64,000 nt of DNA, taken from the NCBI GenBank assembly GCA_965219095.1, contig CBDCMT010000001.1, forward strand, positions 1,408,001 through 1,472,000. The letters are read 5' to 3'. The first letter of the stretch is position 1, and each line of letters starts with the position of its first letter. Source of the stretch: Bdellovibrionales bacterium (lineage in GTDB: Bacteria; Bdellovibrionota; Bdellovibrionia; Bdellovibrionales; UBA1609). Shown in pieces: positions 52,833 to 63,655 of the stretch. The translations under genes were made by a program, and so were the position numbers. Under the pieces are notes generated by a model, which did not search any database, was not told the DNA's origin, and saw only the letters and a program-made list of their open reading frames with translations.

Positions 52833-54659
52833 TTAACTCAGTTTACTCTTCACTGTTTTAACGAAGTCTTTTGTTGTTTCTAATTTAAGAAGCTCATCGA
52901 GTGAAAAATTAATGTCAAAAACATCTTCTATTTCCACTATGATATCAAAATTTACAATAGAGTCAAACTCAAAACATTCTGATAACATCTTATTATCTAT
53001 CTGAAAGTCTCGTCCTGTTTTTTTCTTAAAAATAGAAAGTACTTTGCTTTCAAGTGAAGATGCTTTGGTATCTTTTTTATCTTCTTTCATGAACTCCTCT
53101 TTTATCTTAACTAAATTTACTTTGCCTGATGCAGTTCTTGGAAGACGATCTAATATTCGTATTCTCTTAGGTTGTTGAAAAGAAAATTCTAAGTTATTCA
53201 TCAAGTAGCTTCTAATATCGTTTGCAGTTATTTTTTTATTTTTTGCTTTTACAATTGCAGAAACAATTTTTTCTCCAAATATCAAATCTTTTATGCCAAA
53301 TGTAAAGGCACTTTCTACATCCTTATGTTTTATAAGCAAGTTATCGATATAATGAGGCATGACAACCTGGCCTGCTGTAATAATAATATTTTTTTTTCTT
53401 CCACAATACTGTAGTGTACCTTCCTTTTGTTGTTGAACTAAATCACCTGTTGGAAAATACTTCTTTCCTTTAATATCAATTAATTTTAATTTTTCTCCTA
53501 TGTACTCTTTAATAACAGTTTTTCCTGACACCAAAAGTTCGCCCAACTCTCCTATTTTGACTGGATTGAAGTCCTCATCAACTATTAAATAATGATCAAA
53601 CAGCGGTTTTCCTATAGTATCATATTCATTTTTGATGGCATCTTCAAAGTTAGCAAAAGTTGCTATAGTTCCAATTTCGCTCATGCCATATAAATTATAA
53701 ACAGTTTTTTTTGTCTGAAATTCTATATTTTTCCACACCTCAGGAGGAATATAATCTGCCCCAGTCATAAAAAATTGAAAATGAGGTAGTTTATCAAAAT
53801 CTTTACTTAAAGATTCTCTCTGTTTTAAAAAAATATTAAAGATGGAAGGTATCAGTATAAAACCTGTAACTTTTTTTTTAGCAATGTAATTTAATATGAA
53901 TTCTGGATAAAAAAATTCCTTTCTTGTTTCAAAAGACACAAGTGTTGAAAACGTTTTAAAAGTATAAAGAAATCCAGTAATAATGGAATCTACATGGTTT
54001 AAGGAAAACAAATTAAGCACTCTTTCATCTTCAGAAAAAGGAATGTTTTTTTGCAATAACTCTAATTGTTCCCAAAGATTTTCTCTAGAAACAGGAATGA
54101 TCTTACTTTCTCCTGTAGTGCCTGATGATATTAGCAAGATGGCACGATCTTCTAAATTCAGTTTAGAGTTCTTAAGTTCTGAAAAAAATCTGTGCTTCTT
54201 CTTAAGAGAACATCCAATTCTTTTAAAAAAAAGAGATATTTTATATGATTTTGTATTTAATTTAAGAAATCCCTTTTTAAAGGTTTCTAATACATGTTTA
54301 TTCTTATCTAAGTCTAACTTTGTGTAAAGCGATTTATCTATAAATGCAAATTCAAATGAAAGTTTATCCGTTATCTTTTTAAGAGATTTTAAAGTGGTTT
54401 CAAAAGTCAGGATAAGGGGGACTACGCCTGTGCTAATACAAGCTAAAAGTATAGTATAAGCTTCTGCTCTGTCATCTGTTAAAACCAAGATATAGCTGTC
54501 TGAATCTATGCCTTTTTTAAGAAAGAAATCAATTTTCTCAATGGAAAGACGTAGTAAATCTTTGTAGGTTAAAAATTTGCTGCTTTCGAGAATTGTTTTT
54601 TTAGGCTCTTCGTAAGATCGCTTCTCTATTTCTCTTATAAGATTTAAAAATGGATCCAT
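52833..54659 (-). CDS. Adenylate-forming (AMP-binding) enzyme fused to a C-terminal acyl carrier domain
   Basis: SSGTTGESK, YGMSE, TGD, GRKK, LPRTASGKV; C-terminal FDSI....I..EIEDVFDI.F ACP pattern. Confidence 0.9.
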   Translation of the reverse strand: MDPFLNLIREIEKRSYEEPKKTILESSKFLTYKDLLRLSIEKIDFFLKKGIDSDSYILVLTDDRAEAYTILLACISTGVVPLILTFETTLKSLKKITDKLSFEFAFIDKSLYTKLDLDKNKHVLETFKKGFLKLNTKSYKISLFFKRIGCSLKKKHRFFSELKNSKLNLEDRAILLISSGTTGESKIIPVSRENLWEQLELLQKNIPFSEDERVLNLFSLNHVDSIITGFLYTFKTFSTLVSFETRKEFFYPEFILNYIAKKKVTGFILIPSIFNIFLKQRESLSKDFDKLPHFQFFMTGADYIPPEVWKNIEFQTKKTVYNLYGMSEIGTIATFANFEDAIKNEYDTIGKPLFDHYLIVDEDFNPVKIGELGELLVSGKTVIKEYIGEKLKLIDIKGKKYFPTGDLVQQQKEGTLQYCGRKKNIIITAGQVVMPHYIDNLLIKHKDVESAFTFGIKDLIFGEKIVSAIVKAKNKKITANDIRSYLMNNLEFSFQQPKRIRILDRLPRTASGKVNLVKIKEEFMKEDKKDTKASSLESKVLSIFKKKTGRDFQIDNKMLSECFEFDSIVNFDIIVEIEDVFDINFSLDELLKLETTKDFVKTVKSKLS

Positions 54660-54963
54660 ATAGATATTATTATCTGCCTAAACAATTTTTTTGTCAATTA
54701 CTTGATGCTCTAAGGCTAGTTCATTAGGAAAGCCTTTCAATAGCAGAAAGAAGAATTTTATAAATATCTGCTTTTCTGTGATTCCATCTCAGCACATATT
54801 CTTTTCCTACACCCTCCTTCTTTTATTTTATGTTGTTGTCTCAGATACAACGATAGCTTAGTGTCTTTAAATCCCAAAAAATGTCTATCAAAAGAAAATA
54901 TGGATGACCAGCCTTTTTGAAAAAAGTTGCTTCTATTGACCTTCTTGTGAAACAAATTTATAA

Positions 54964-55542
54964 TTGAAATTGATGGAGAACGTTTTAAAAAAGAAAAAGG
55001 TGTTTTATAACACTCATAAAACAGAGTTTTTTGAAGATTTTCAGCTTTCTCCAATGAATTCAAAAAATAGTCCTGATGAATTTTTATTTTTAAATGAAGA
55101 TCGTTATATAGAGGTCTTTCCAATAACTTTGGAAAGACCTCTCACAACAAAAAGTGCTTTGTTTATGATTTATAGTATTATAAACTATCAAGAATCAGGT
55201 GAAATGATTTATTACAACATTATAGAAAAAAGAAATTTAGCAGGCTTTATTTATTTTTTTATTAATTTAGATAATATATGGGAGTGTTATTATGCTATTA
55301 AGCCTGAATATGAAGGTTTAGGATGGATGAAAAAAAGCACTTTCTTTTTATTAAAAAAACTTTACATGTCAGGAGTAAAAAAAACAGCTGCCCATGTCAG
55401 GCCTTATAACATTCGAGCAGTAAATAAATTACAAAAAGAAAGGTGGATTTATAGTTGCACTAAAAAAACCTATTCTTTAAAAGAAAAGAAGCTTGCAGAA
55501 TCACATTATTATCTCAAAACCTTAGGTAAGAATTTACTTTAA
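54964..55542 (+). CDS. RimJ/RimL-like GNAT N-acyltransferase
   Basis: YAIKPEYEGLGWM and V.P.NIRA...L.K motifs; start uncertain. Confidence 0.7.
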   Translation: MKLMENVLKKKKVFYNTHKTEFFEDFQLSPMNSKNSPDEFLFLNEDRYIEVFPITLERPLTTKSALFMIYSIINYQESGEMIYYNIIEKRNLAGFIYFFINLDNIWECYYAIKPEYEGLGWMKKSTFFLLKKLYMSGVKKTAAHVRPYNIRAVNKLQKERWIYSCTKKTYSLKEKKLAESHYYLKTLGKNLL

Positions 55543-55629
55543 ATAAAAGATCCAATCATCTGAAGTTTAAATCTTTCTACTACTAACCAGAGCTTTGACT
55601 TTTATATGCTTTTCAGACACCTCTGTTCT

Positions 55630-55890
55630 TAAACTTTAAGTTGAAGGGAGGGTTTTAGGTTTTAAGATAAGAAATGAGGGTGCCTAAAAGACTGCCAACA
55701 AAATTTTGTGGATTGCGGTGGCAAGAATGCTCAAGATTAAACTCTCTTTTTAACACTCCAATCACTGACCCCACAACAGAACGTTTTTTCAACATCAACT
55801 TGTCAAATAAGGGAATTAATTTATTCTCCGTATTTAATTTGATGTTTGTAATAAGCTTAACTCCTTTCTTTAAAAGAAGTTTAAAAGATC
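55630..55890 (-). pseudogene. IS982-family transposase C-terminal remnant
   Basis: Hand translation GVKLITNIK....KLIPLFDKLMLKKRSVV..V...LK..FNLEHSCHRNPQNF; boundaries approximate. Confidence 0.7.
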
Positions 55891-56305
55891 GAATGTTTTA
55901 ATACTCATATGTTAAATTTATTAAAGCCAAAAGATAAGAGAGAAATTCTTAAAATTATAAAGAAGTCTAAAAATCCAAGAGCCATATATCGAGCCAATGT
56001 TCTAAACTTAAGGAACAAAAATTTAACTGCCATAGAGACAGCAGATTACTTAGAGATAACTCCTAGAACTGTTTTCAACATCCAAAAAAACTATGAGAAT
56101 TCTGGGCTGAAAAAAGCTCTTGAAGATGATCCTCGTCCTGGAAAACCTCCAAAGTTTGATGATCGCATAAAGTCAAAGATTATAGCTATGGTCTGCTCAG
56201 ATCCTCCGGAGGACTTTGATCGATGGACTTTAGAGCTCATTAAAGAGAGGGCAGAAAAAAACAAGATTGTAGACTCTATTACCTAAATTCGGGGTTAAAA
56301 ATATA

Positions 56306-57824
56306 GCCTCCTCAAAAGAATCTGTGGGTTTCCGGAGGTTCTGGCAGTTTTCCAAGGTTATGATATAAGGCGATTTTTATAGCTTTAGAGGTTCTAAAGC
56401 CGTAAGATTTTCTCATAGTGAGTTTTACTTTGTTGTTTAAACCCTCTACAATCCCTGAGGAGAAGGCTTTTTTAGCCTTGAAGTAATTAAGAATAAGTAG
56501 CTTATGTCTTTGTATGGTTTTTGCTTTTCTTTTCATAGGTTCAATTTTTGAAAGCATGACTCGTCTCGTCCAACTGTCTATAAATTTACCAGCCCAAGTT
56601 GGTGGAACATAGGTCCATAACTGTCGGAAGTCTTCTTTTAAAAAATAACAGCGGATACTTTTTAAATTGTACTGTATTAAATGCCTTAATTTTACTTTTT
56701 CATAAGATTTTAAATTTTCTGCATTTTTTAACAAGGGCCATCTAGCTTTTGTTAAAAGGGGTTCATACCCGTCTTCTTTCATTTTTTTGTGTTCTGAAGC
56801 TCTCACTTCGTCTAAAGCCTTATTGAGTCTTGCTACGATATGAAACCGATCTAATATGTGTAAAGCTCCACTTGCCCTCTCCTTTATGACTTTTAAATAA
56901 GGCTTCCACATATCAGAGCACACAAACCATATCTCTTTTGACTTCTCTCCTAGTAAATCAAAAAACTTGTTGAAACTCTTTTCTGTTCTTTTTTCTCCTA
57001 TCCATAGCAAACGAACACTTTCTTTGCTTATTTCATAGATTAAGGTGAGATACTAATGGTTCTTTTTCCATTGTATCTCGTCGACTCCTATAGCTTGTAT
57101 TCCCTTTAAAACCCTTTGTTTTAAACCATATTCTACGACCCATTCTACCGAAGCATAGACCTGATTCCAACTGACATGAAACTTACAAGAAACCTCTTTC
57201 CAAGACAGGTGACGACACCAGTCTGCTAAATACTTCATGTAAAAGATCGTTAAACTCTTCTTACCATCGGCCCAAGGTAAATACTCAACTTTTACCCCAC
57301 AGCAAGGACAATTAACTCTTCTTACAAAATAAACAAAAAACACCCTGTAACTTAAAATAGGAAGGGATTCAAAGTCCCGTGATGATTTACTGCTGTCATA
57401 CACTGAACAGGGCTTCTTACAAACACTACAAAAAGCTTGGCCATTTTTACGAGCCTTAATAGGAACATTAATTGACTTTCTATCTTTTGAAAAATAAATG
57501 TCTCCGTATACAAAAGACTTCCATCTTAAACAATCATTTAGTATAGTCTTCAAAAGCATCTCTTCCCTCCTTTTTTTTTTTTTGAATAACATTTTAAGGC
57601 ATCTGGGAAGTAGGTGCTTCTTTTTTAAAATTTTAATGTAACACAGCAAATAAAAGCAAATAAAATGAATGTTTTTGAGTTCAATCACCGGAGGTGATAG
57701 AGGCCAGTAAGGCCTCAAAGAACTCAAAAATACAAGATAGAATGTCTTACTCTTGCTTTGATTAATATGAGCCTTTTTGGGGGATTTCTAGCTACTTTTC
57801 ACCCACAGATTCCCGGGAGGAGCC
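56306..57824 (-). mobile_element. ISL3 copy with a nonsense mutation
   Basis: Near-identical to 7152-8671; 8-bp target duplication AAAATATA; CAG to TAG at 57053-57055 splits the ORF. Confidence 0.93.
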
Positions 57825-57843
57825 AAAATATACACTACAGTTG

Positions 57844-59334
57844 TCATTTTACAAGGTGTTTATCCACGGCTTTGAGTATTTTTTCTTGAGATTTACTCAA
57901 TGTGACTATTTTAGAGAACATATGGCGTTTTTTCTTGTCCTCCATATAAACTTTGTACACACTTCCCAATTCTTTTAGTGCTTCTTCAGGAGATATCTTA
58001 AGATTGTTTAAACTTAACTTTAGAACGGACAGCAAAAGATAGGATAAATAACATATAAAAACATGAGCGATAACTCGGTTATACAACCAATGTCGAATCG
58101 GACGCAGATGAGTGATTCCTTTTAAAGTCTTAAATGCTTTTTCTATAATATCTTTGTCAAAATATAATTTTAACATGTCTCTGTCAGGGATATTTTTTGT
58201 AGAAAATAAACAAAAATAGCCGTCAAATTCTTCTGCCTTTTCTAATTCTTGTTTTCTAATTCTTCCTTGAGACGTCAAGTATTTTTCTAAGCCCGTCTTT
58301 ATAGGCTTTCCTTGAAGAATTTGGTTTTGAGCATGTTCTATCTCATGGTGACGGGATTCTTTTATCTCTACTTTTCTGCGCTCATTGAAACAAATAGCCA
58401 ACTTCCCTTTTATCTTACCTAGCTTATAAGGAAAGCTCTTGATATAAAAAGTGTTTTTACCAAGCCTTGCCATGTTAGAAACATGACTTATAGGTTTTGT
58501 CTTTAGGGCTTTTCTAAGCACTTTTTTTTCTCGATCTTTTAAAGGAAGACCACATAAGCTATTCCACCCCAAGCCTTTTATCCCCTCTATATTCTGTCGA
58601 GATGTTACCCCTCTGTCTGATACAAAAACACCTGAGCGAAGATTATAGCTAGAAAAACTTTTAATAAGAGAAAATAGAGCCTTACTGTCATGTATGTTTC
58701 CATTGAAGGTTTTATGAAAAACGGGGATGCCTTCCTTTTGAGTTCTTGCAAGGCCTATTTGAATAAGAGGCTTTGATTTCCCATCCTTGCTTTTTCCAAG
58801 CTTAGCAAGCTGGCATTTTGTCCCATACAAATAAGTATTGGTCACATCATAAACGATTCCCTTTGTGGACAGATCATATATATTTTTTACGATATTAAAA
58901 ATATCTCTTTGATGTCGCTCTATTCTTTCTTCAGTTAAAGAGTCTAAAGCTGACAATAGACGTTCTTCTGTTAAACCTTCTAAATCCAAAATAGTATTTA
59001 AGTCCGTTCTGGAAAACCAGTCTGGCATATTATTAACACTTTTGTAATTTAAGCAATGTGCATAAACCATGCTTAATATCTCATTTGAATAATTTTCCAA
59101 TATGTCCGGGAGTTTGATTTTTTTTGATATTTTGTCTAGGACGATAAGGGGGCCATGAATTTTAACTTCAGAGATTTGAATGTCCTCTGAGCTTAGTGAA
59201 ATCACTTTTTTACCGCTCACTTCTTTTCCAATATAGCGAATATGCTTTTGCACAACCTTGCCCTTAATTCTTTTACTTTCTACCTCAGCCAGATAAGTTT
59301 TATTGCCTTTTTTTATTTTTCTTATGAAGCTCAT
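57844..59334 (-). CDS. IS1634-family transposase
   Basis: YDVTNTY, G.SKD, GNIHD, SDRG, IEKAFKTLK..LRPIRH, AHVFICYLSY. Confidence 0.93.
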   Translation of the reverse strand: MSFIRKIKKGNKTYLAEVESKRIKGKVVQKHIRYIGKEVSGKKVISLSSEDIQISEVKIHGPLIVLDKISKKIKLPDILENYSNEILSMVYAHCLNYKSVNNMPDWFSRTDLNTILDLEGLTEERLLSALDSLTEERIERHQRDIFNIVKNIYDLSTKGIVYDVTNTYLYGTKCQLAKLGKSKDGKSKPLIQIGLARTQKEGIPVFHKTFNGNIHDSKALFSLIKSFSSYNLRSGVFVSDRGVTSRQNIEGIKGLGWNSLCGLPLKDREKKVLRKALKTKPISHVSNMARLGKNTFYIKSFPYKLGKIKGKLAICFNERRKVEIKESRHHEIEHAQNQILQGKPIKTGLEKYLTSQGRIRKQELEKAEEFDGYFCLFSTKNIPDRDMLKLYFDKDIIEKAFKTLKGITHLRPIRHWLYNRVIAHVFICYLSYLLLSVLKLSLNNLKISPEEALKELGSVYKVYMEDKKKRHMFSKIVTLSKSQEKILKAVDKHLVK

Positions 59335-60499
59335 ATCCCCTCCTATAGTGTATAATATATACACTACTACAGATAGTAGTCAATGGCAAACCCCTTTCTT
59401 TTTCAAGAAATCTTGTCTTTTCTCAGAGGCAAAAAGACCGTTTTAAGATGTTTTAAATGTTAGGATGTTTGTAGTGGATATTTTTTGCCCCGAATTTAGG
59501 TCTATTAGCAAAGAAAAAGTTAGGATTATTCTTTTAGAACATGATCTAAAACCTTGGCAACAGAAGAGTTGGTGTGTACCAGAGCTTAATGATGAATTTA
59601 TAGAGAGGATGGAGGATGTTTTGAAAGTGTATGAGAAGCCTCCGATTAAAGGAAAGCCTGTTGTGTGTATTGATGAAAAGCCTCTTCAGTTACTTGATGA
59701 TGTTCGTCCTCCATCGGGTTGTCATCCCTCGGAAGTAAAAAAAGTAGATTATGAGTATAAAAGAGAGGGTACAGCAAATGTTTTCTGTGCTGTGGAGCCT
59801 AAGAGAGGTTTTTATATGAATAAGGTAACAGAGAGAAGGACAGGTCCGGATTTTGCTAAGTTTTTATCTTCTGTTGAGAGACATTATTCTGATTCCAAGA
59901 AGATTGTTCTAGTTATGGATAATTTGAACACTCATAGAAAAAAAAGTCTTACTGATTTTTATGGAAAAGATCGAGGTTTGCATCTATGGTCTCGCTTTGA
60001 GGTTCATTATACTCCGAGTCATGGAAGTTGGTTAAATCAAGCAGAAATTGCAATCAATATGTACTCTCGTCAATGTTTAGGAAAATCAAGAATACCTGAC
60101 ATAGAAACTTTAAGAAAAAGAACCAAGGCTTGGGTGAATATTATGAACAGACGGAAGATTATAATAAAATGGAATTTTTCAAGAAAATCAGCCAGAGAAA
60201 AGTTCCATTATAAAAAATGAGACGAGCCTGTAAGAGCCTGTAAACTAAATTGTATATAAACATTAGAGAATCATATCTTTCCAATGAATTTGATACACTC
60301 TTTACCCATACTTAAAAGTTATAAATTTCTAGAAGTAAAAATCCAAACTTATACATGAAAATGTAGAATTAACTTTTGGAATTGGTATAACTCTAAACAT
60401 TTCACTTTTATTCTTTTTAATATAAAAATAATTTAATAAAATGACCTGGATTAAAGGCTTGAAAATTGTGAAAAAATTTACTGGTCAGAACACTAGTTA

Positions 60500-61960
60500 T
60501 TAAAAGTATAAATAAATGAAGGGAGGACTTGATTCTCGAGAAAAAAGAATAAGGGCTTGGATTATTACAAACAAAATAATGAGCAAAACAGTGTTATTAT
60601 TGTAGACAGGAGCTTTTTGTATGTCATACTTTTTAAGACAAACGAATCCATCATAAATGATAAATCCAAACGCCATGAACAAACAAACTATGAGTTCCCA
60701 GTTATTATAAAATTGAGCGTTTATGGGAAGAAGAAAGGAAGTCAAACTCTGAGAGTTCTCTTTATTAAATGAAGAGAAGAAATAAAAGATAAAGCTTTTT
60801 GTGGTTTCAAAAGAGGGGAAAATTACAAGAATGTTTGTTGTCGTCCAAGTAAAGAAAATAAGTGGAATTTTTATAAAGTCTGAAAGAGGCTTCTTTTTTA
60901 AGGCCTTTCTCTTTCTTTCTATATACAAAGCAAGTGTATAAATAACCCCTTGCAAAAAGCCGTAAATGAGATAGTTCAATTTTACACTATGCCAAGCCCA
61001 AGCTAATAAAAAAGCAATAAAACAAGAAAGTATGAAAGCCCATTTTAATTTTAGCCTTTTTTTAAAAAAAAACATAGACGGTTTAAAGATATAATTCACA
61101 ATCCAATTAAAAAAAGTCACATGCCAATTTCTCCAAAAGTTCAAGTATGTATTAGAGAAGAAAGGTTGCTTAAAATTTTCTTGTAACCTTATGTTAAAAA
61201 GAAGGGCTAAGCCTTGTGCCATATTAGTGTATCCTGCAAAATCAAAGTAAATGCGAAAACTATACAGAACCATTCCTAAAAAAATAACATAAGTCGAATG
61301 GTTCGAATAATCTCCAAAAATAGCTCGAGTAATAATTCCCAGTGGATCTGCAATAATGATTTTTTTCAGGAGCCCTTCAAAAAACAGAATAAAAGCCTCT
61401 TTTGTATTATGTATGTTCTCATTTGAAAATTTAGATTCAATTTGATGAGAGAATGAGCGAAATCTTTCTATTGGACCTATGTAAATTTTTGGAAAAAAAC
61501 TTATGTAAGTATAAAAATCTAAGAAACCACCTTTGCTTTCTTCCTTTACTGCTATATCAAAAAGATACGAAAGACATTGCAGAACATAAAAAGAAACTCC
61601 CACACAAATAAAAATATGAGAAAAAAAATAGCTGATCTCATAATAATAGGGTAGTGATTCAAATATCATTTGTGCTTTGTATTTCAGAAGGTACAAGCCT
61701 GAAAGGTTTGCAATAATAAAGGGTATAAGCATAATCAGCCTTTTTTTAACATCGTCAAGCTTTTCAAGTATTAAAGAAAAAAAATAATTGACAACTATAA
61801 AAATAGCCATAAAAAACCATGCTAGCGGATGAATCAAAAATAAAAAAACAGAAGAGAAGAAAGAAAGAAATATCTTTTTAGTAGCATTTTTTTTTATTTT
61901 TGAAAAGAGGGGAGAGAGGAGAGAAAATAAAACAAATAAAAAAATAATATTCTTATACAT
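60500..61960 (-). CDS. MBOAT-family O-acyltransferase (DltB/AlgI-like)
   Basis: GVSFY..Q.LSY..D, FFP....GPI.R, YFDFAGYT.MA, ENF.QPF, FWRNWH, WH catalytic-His motif; polytopic. Confidence 0.93.
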   Translation of the reverse strand: MYKNIIFLFVLFSLLSPLFSKIKKNATKKIFLSFFSSVFLFLIHPLAWFFMAIFIVVNYFFSLILEKLDDVKKRLIMLIPFIIANLSGLYLLKYKAQMIFESLPYYYEISYFFSHIFICVGVSFYVLQCLSYLFDIAVKEESKGGFLDFYTYISFFPKIYIGPIERFRSFSHQIESKFSNENIHNTKEAFILFFEGLLKKIIIADPLGIITRAIFGDYSNHSTYVIFLGMVLYSFRIYFDFAGYTNMAQGLALLFNIRLQENFKQPFFSNTYLNFWRNWHVTFFNWIVNYIFKPSMFFFKKRLKLKWAFILSCFIAFLLAWAWHSVKLNYLIYGFLQGVIYTLALYIERKRKALKKKPLSDFIKIPLIFFTWTTTNILVIFPSFETTKSFIFYFFSSFNKENSQSLTSFLLPINAQFYNNWELIVCLFMAFGFIIYDGFVCLKKYDIQKAPVYNNNTVLLIILFVIIQALILFSRESSPPFIYLYF

Positions 61961-61963
61961 TTT

Positions 61964-62965
61964 TTAATTTTCTTTTAAGAGGCCCATTTCTTCCATTTGT
62001 TTTCTAATATAAAGAGTGTTCTTAGCTGCTCCTTCTCTTCCTAAATGAATAGAATCTACAAACTCTGATCTTTTAAGATCAGCTTTATTTAAAAATTTGA
62101 CGTTTTCCCCTATCTTCCTGTAATAATTAAGATATTCATTATGTGCCTTTTCACTAGTGGGTATGCTTTCGCTTCCAACCCCTTCTAGAAAAAAAAGAGG
62201 AATGTTCATTTTCTCTAATAAGAGAATTGTTTTTTTTACATAATATGCATTCAAAGGCGAAGGGTAGAATTTGTACTTATGAGTTCTCCAATGATAATCA
62301 TTGAATCTCCTAATAATGAAATTCATATGATCTTTTTTATACATCTTTTTGTAAACATATCCTATATCCAAGAAACCTTTTTCTCTATAAAGTCTAATGG
62401 TTATGTCAATTCGTTCTTCCTCCTTATATTTTAAAAAGGCTTTCTGAACTTGTCTTCCATAAAAAAATGGATTTTTAAAGTACAGGGATCCGTATATATA
62501 GTAAAAATAGAATGGGTTTCTCTCTACTTGCCAATCCTTTTTATAAAGATTGATTTTGTATATCTCTAAAATGCTTTTTAAATCCAAAAATTCAGTTCTT
62601 ATATGATGTTTTAGTTTTCCATAATAATTCCAAAGGATCTTGTTGGCTTGTATGAAAACAGCTTTCGGAGCTTTATGATTCTCCAAGAATTTTACTATAA
62701 GAAAATAAAGATCTGGATTCTGAGTTATCGAACTTCCTAAGTTAACAGATCTTGGTATCATTGATGGGATAATAGAGGCCATGATTGAAGAATCCCCTAT
62801 AAAGAGATAATCTATTGAATCATTTTTTGATTTTTCTGCTATATCTCTTGAATATCGAGATAAAATGTAATTCCAATGTAAAGTCCATTCTGGTGATAAA
62901 TTTAAAATTATGCCAGTTGGCAGAATTGATACAAAGCAAAATAAAAAAAGAAAGAATTTTTTTAT
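61964..62965 (-). CDS. Membrane-anchored SGNH-like protein (DltD/AlgJ-like)
   Basis: Frame open 61 codons upstream of the track start, adding an IKKFFLFLF leader and LFIGDSS; C-terminal DSIHL...GA; apparent ATA start. Confidence 0.78.
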   Translation of the reverse strand: MKKFFLFLFCFVSILPTGIILNLSPEWTLHWNYILSRYSRDIAEKSKNDSIDYLFIGDSSIMASIIPSMIPRSVNLGSSITQNPDLYFLIVKFLENHKAPKAVFIQANKILWNYYGKLKHHIRTEFLDLKSILEIYKINLYKKDWQVERNPFYFYYIYGSLYFKNPFFYGRQVQKAFLKYKEEERIDITIRLYREKGFLDIGYVYKKMYKKDHMNFIIRRFNDYHWRTHKYKFYPSPLNAYYVKKTILLLEKMNIPLFFLEGVGSESIPTSEKAHNEYLNYYRKIGENVKFLNKADLKRSEFVDSIHLGREGAAKNTLYIRKQMEEMGLLKEN

Positions 62966-63655
62966 AGCTCAATCCCCAATAATTTCATAGAAACAGTATC
63001 CCTATAACTTGTGCTAAATACACATTTATATTATCTATTTAAATAATTAACTAAAAATCATCTTTGCTCTTTTTCAACCTTTGCTTGAATTCATGATTTC
63101 ACCTGCTGTACAATAATTAGATCTTGATCTGACAAGCTACCTTCCCTTAAAGTTTATAAAATTGTATGTTAGCTTACATGTTCTTTTTACCTTACATAAG
63201 GTAGAAAAGCAAGATGAACGGTTTTTTCATCTTGAAACCAAGCCAAATAAGGGCACACATACCCTAAAACAAAAAACACTGCTCAATGAAACCTCTAAAT
63301 GAACTTTAAGTTAAGATAAGTTAAGACACGATTCTCTTTTCTTTTTCTACCTTCTCAAAAGAATCTATGGATGAAAAATAGTTAGAAATCCTTCACAAGA
63401 GTCATATCAGGAAAAGCAAGAGAGCAAAGAATTAAGATTCCTGTCTTGTAGTTTTGAATTCTTTGAGACCTGGACTTCCCCTGTAAGGGTTGTGATTATC
63501 AAGGTCTTACACTTTTACTTTTTCATTTACTGAAATCTCAAGAGAGAATAATCGATGAATTGGAAAAAAGTCAATTCTTCTGGAAAAGAAAAGGTGTTTA
63601 AAGAACTAAAAGATTGTTTCTGATCATTTAGCTTTCCTTTACAGCTTGTTTATTC

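Larger units (their letters stand above)
56282..59500 (-). mobile_element. IS1634-family element carrying a nested ISL3
   Basis: IR CCTAAATTCGGG / CCCGAATTTAGG; 7-bp target duplication TCTATTA at 56275-56281 and 59501-59507. Confidence 0.92.
55909..60497 (+). mobile_element. IS630 type A element split by IS1634
   Basis: 55909-56281 (..KNKIVDSI) joins 59508-60220 (SKEKVRIIL..KPWQ..CIDEKP..MDNLNTH..SWLNQAE); CACTAG-type end at 60496; left end not identified. Confidence 0.9.

Noticed and set aside
2180..60772. Short antisense or overlapping ORFs in the track (e.g. 2180-2362, 9171-9455, 26201-26542, 36192-36434, 53983-54327, 55674-55901, 60557-60772)
   Set aside because: They are shadows of well-supported genes or IS remnants on another frame or strand and have no motifs of their own
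63000..63650. Possible pseudogene or RNA upstream of the SGNH gene
   Set aside because: No ORF of 60 aa or more and no recognisable motif or structure
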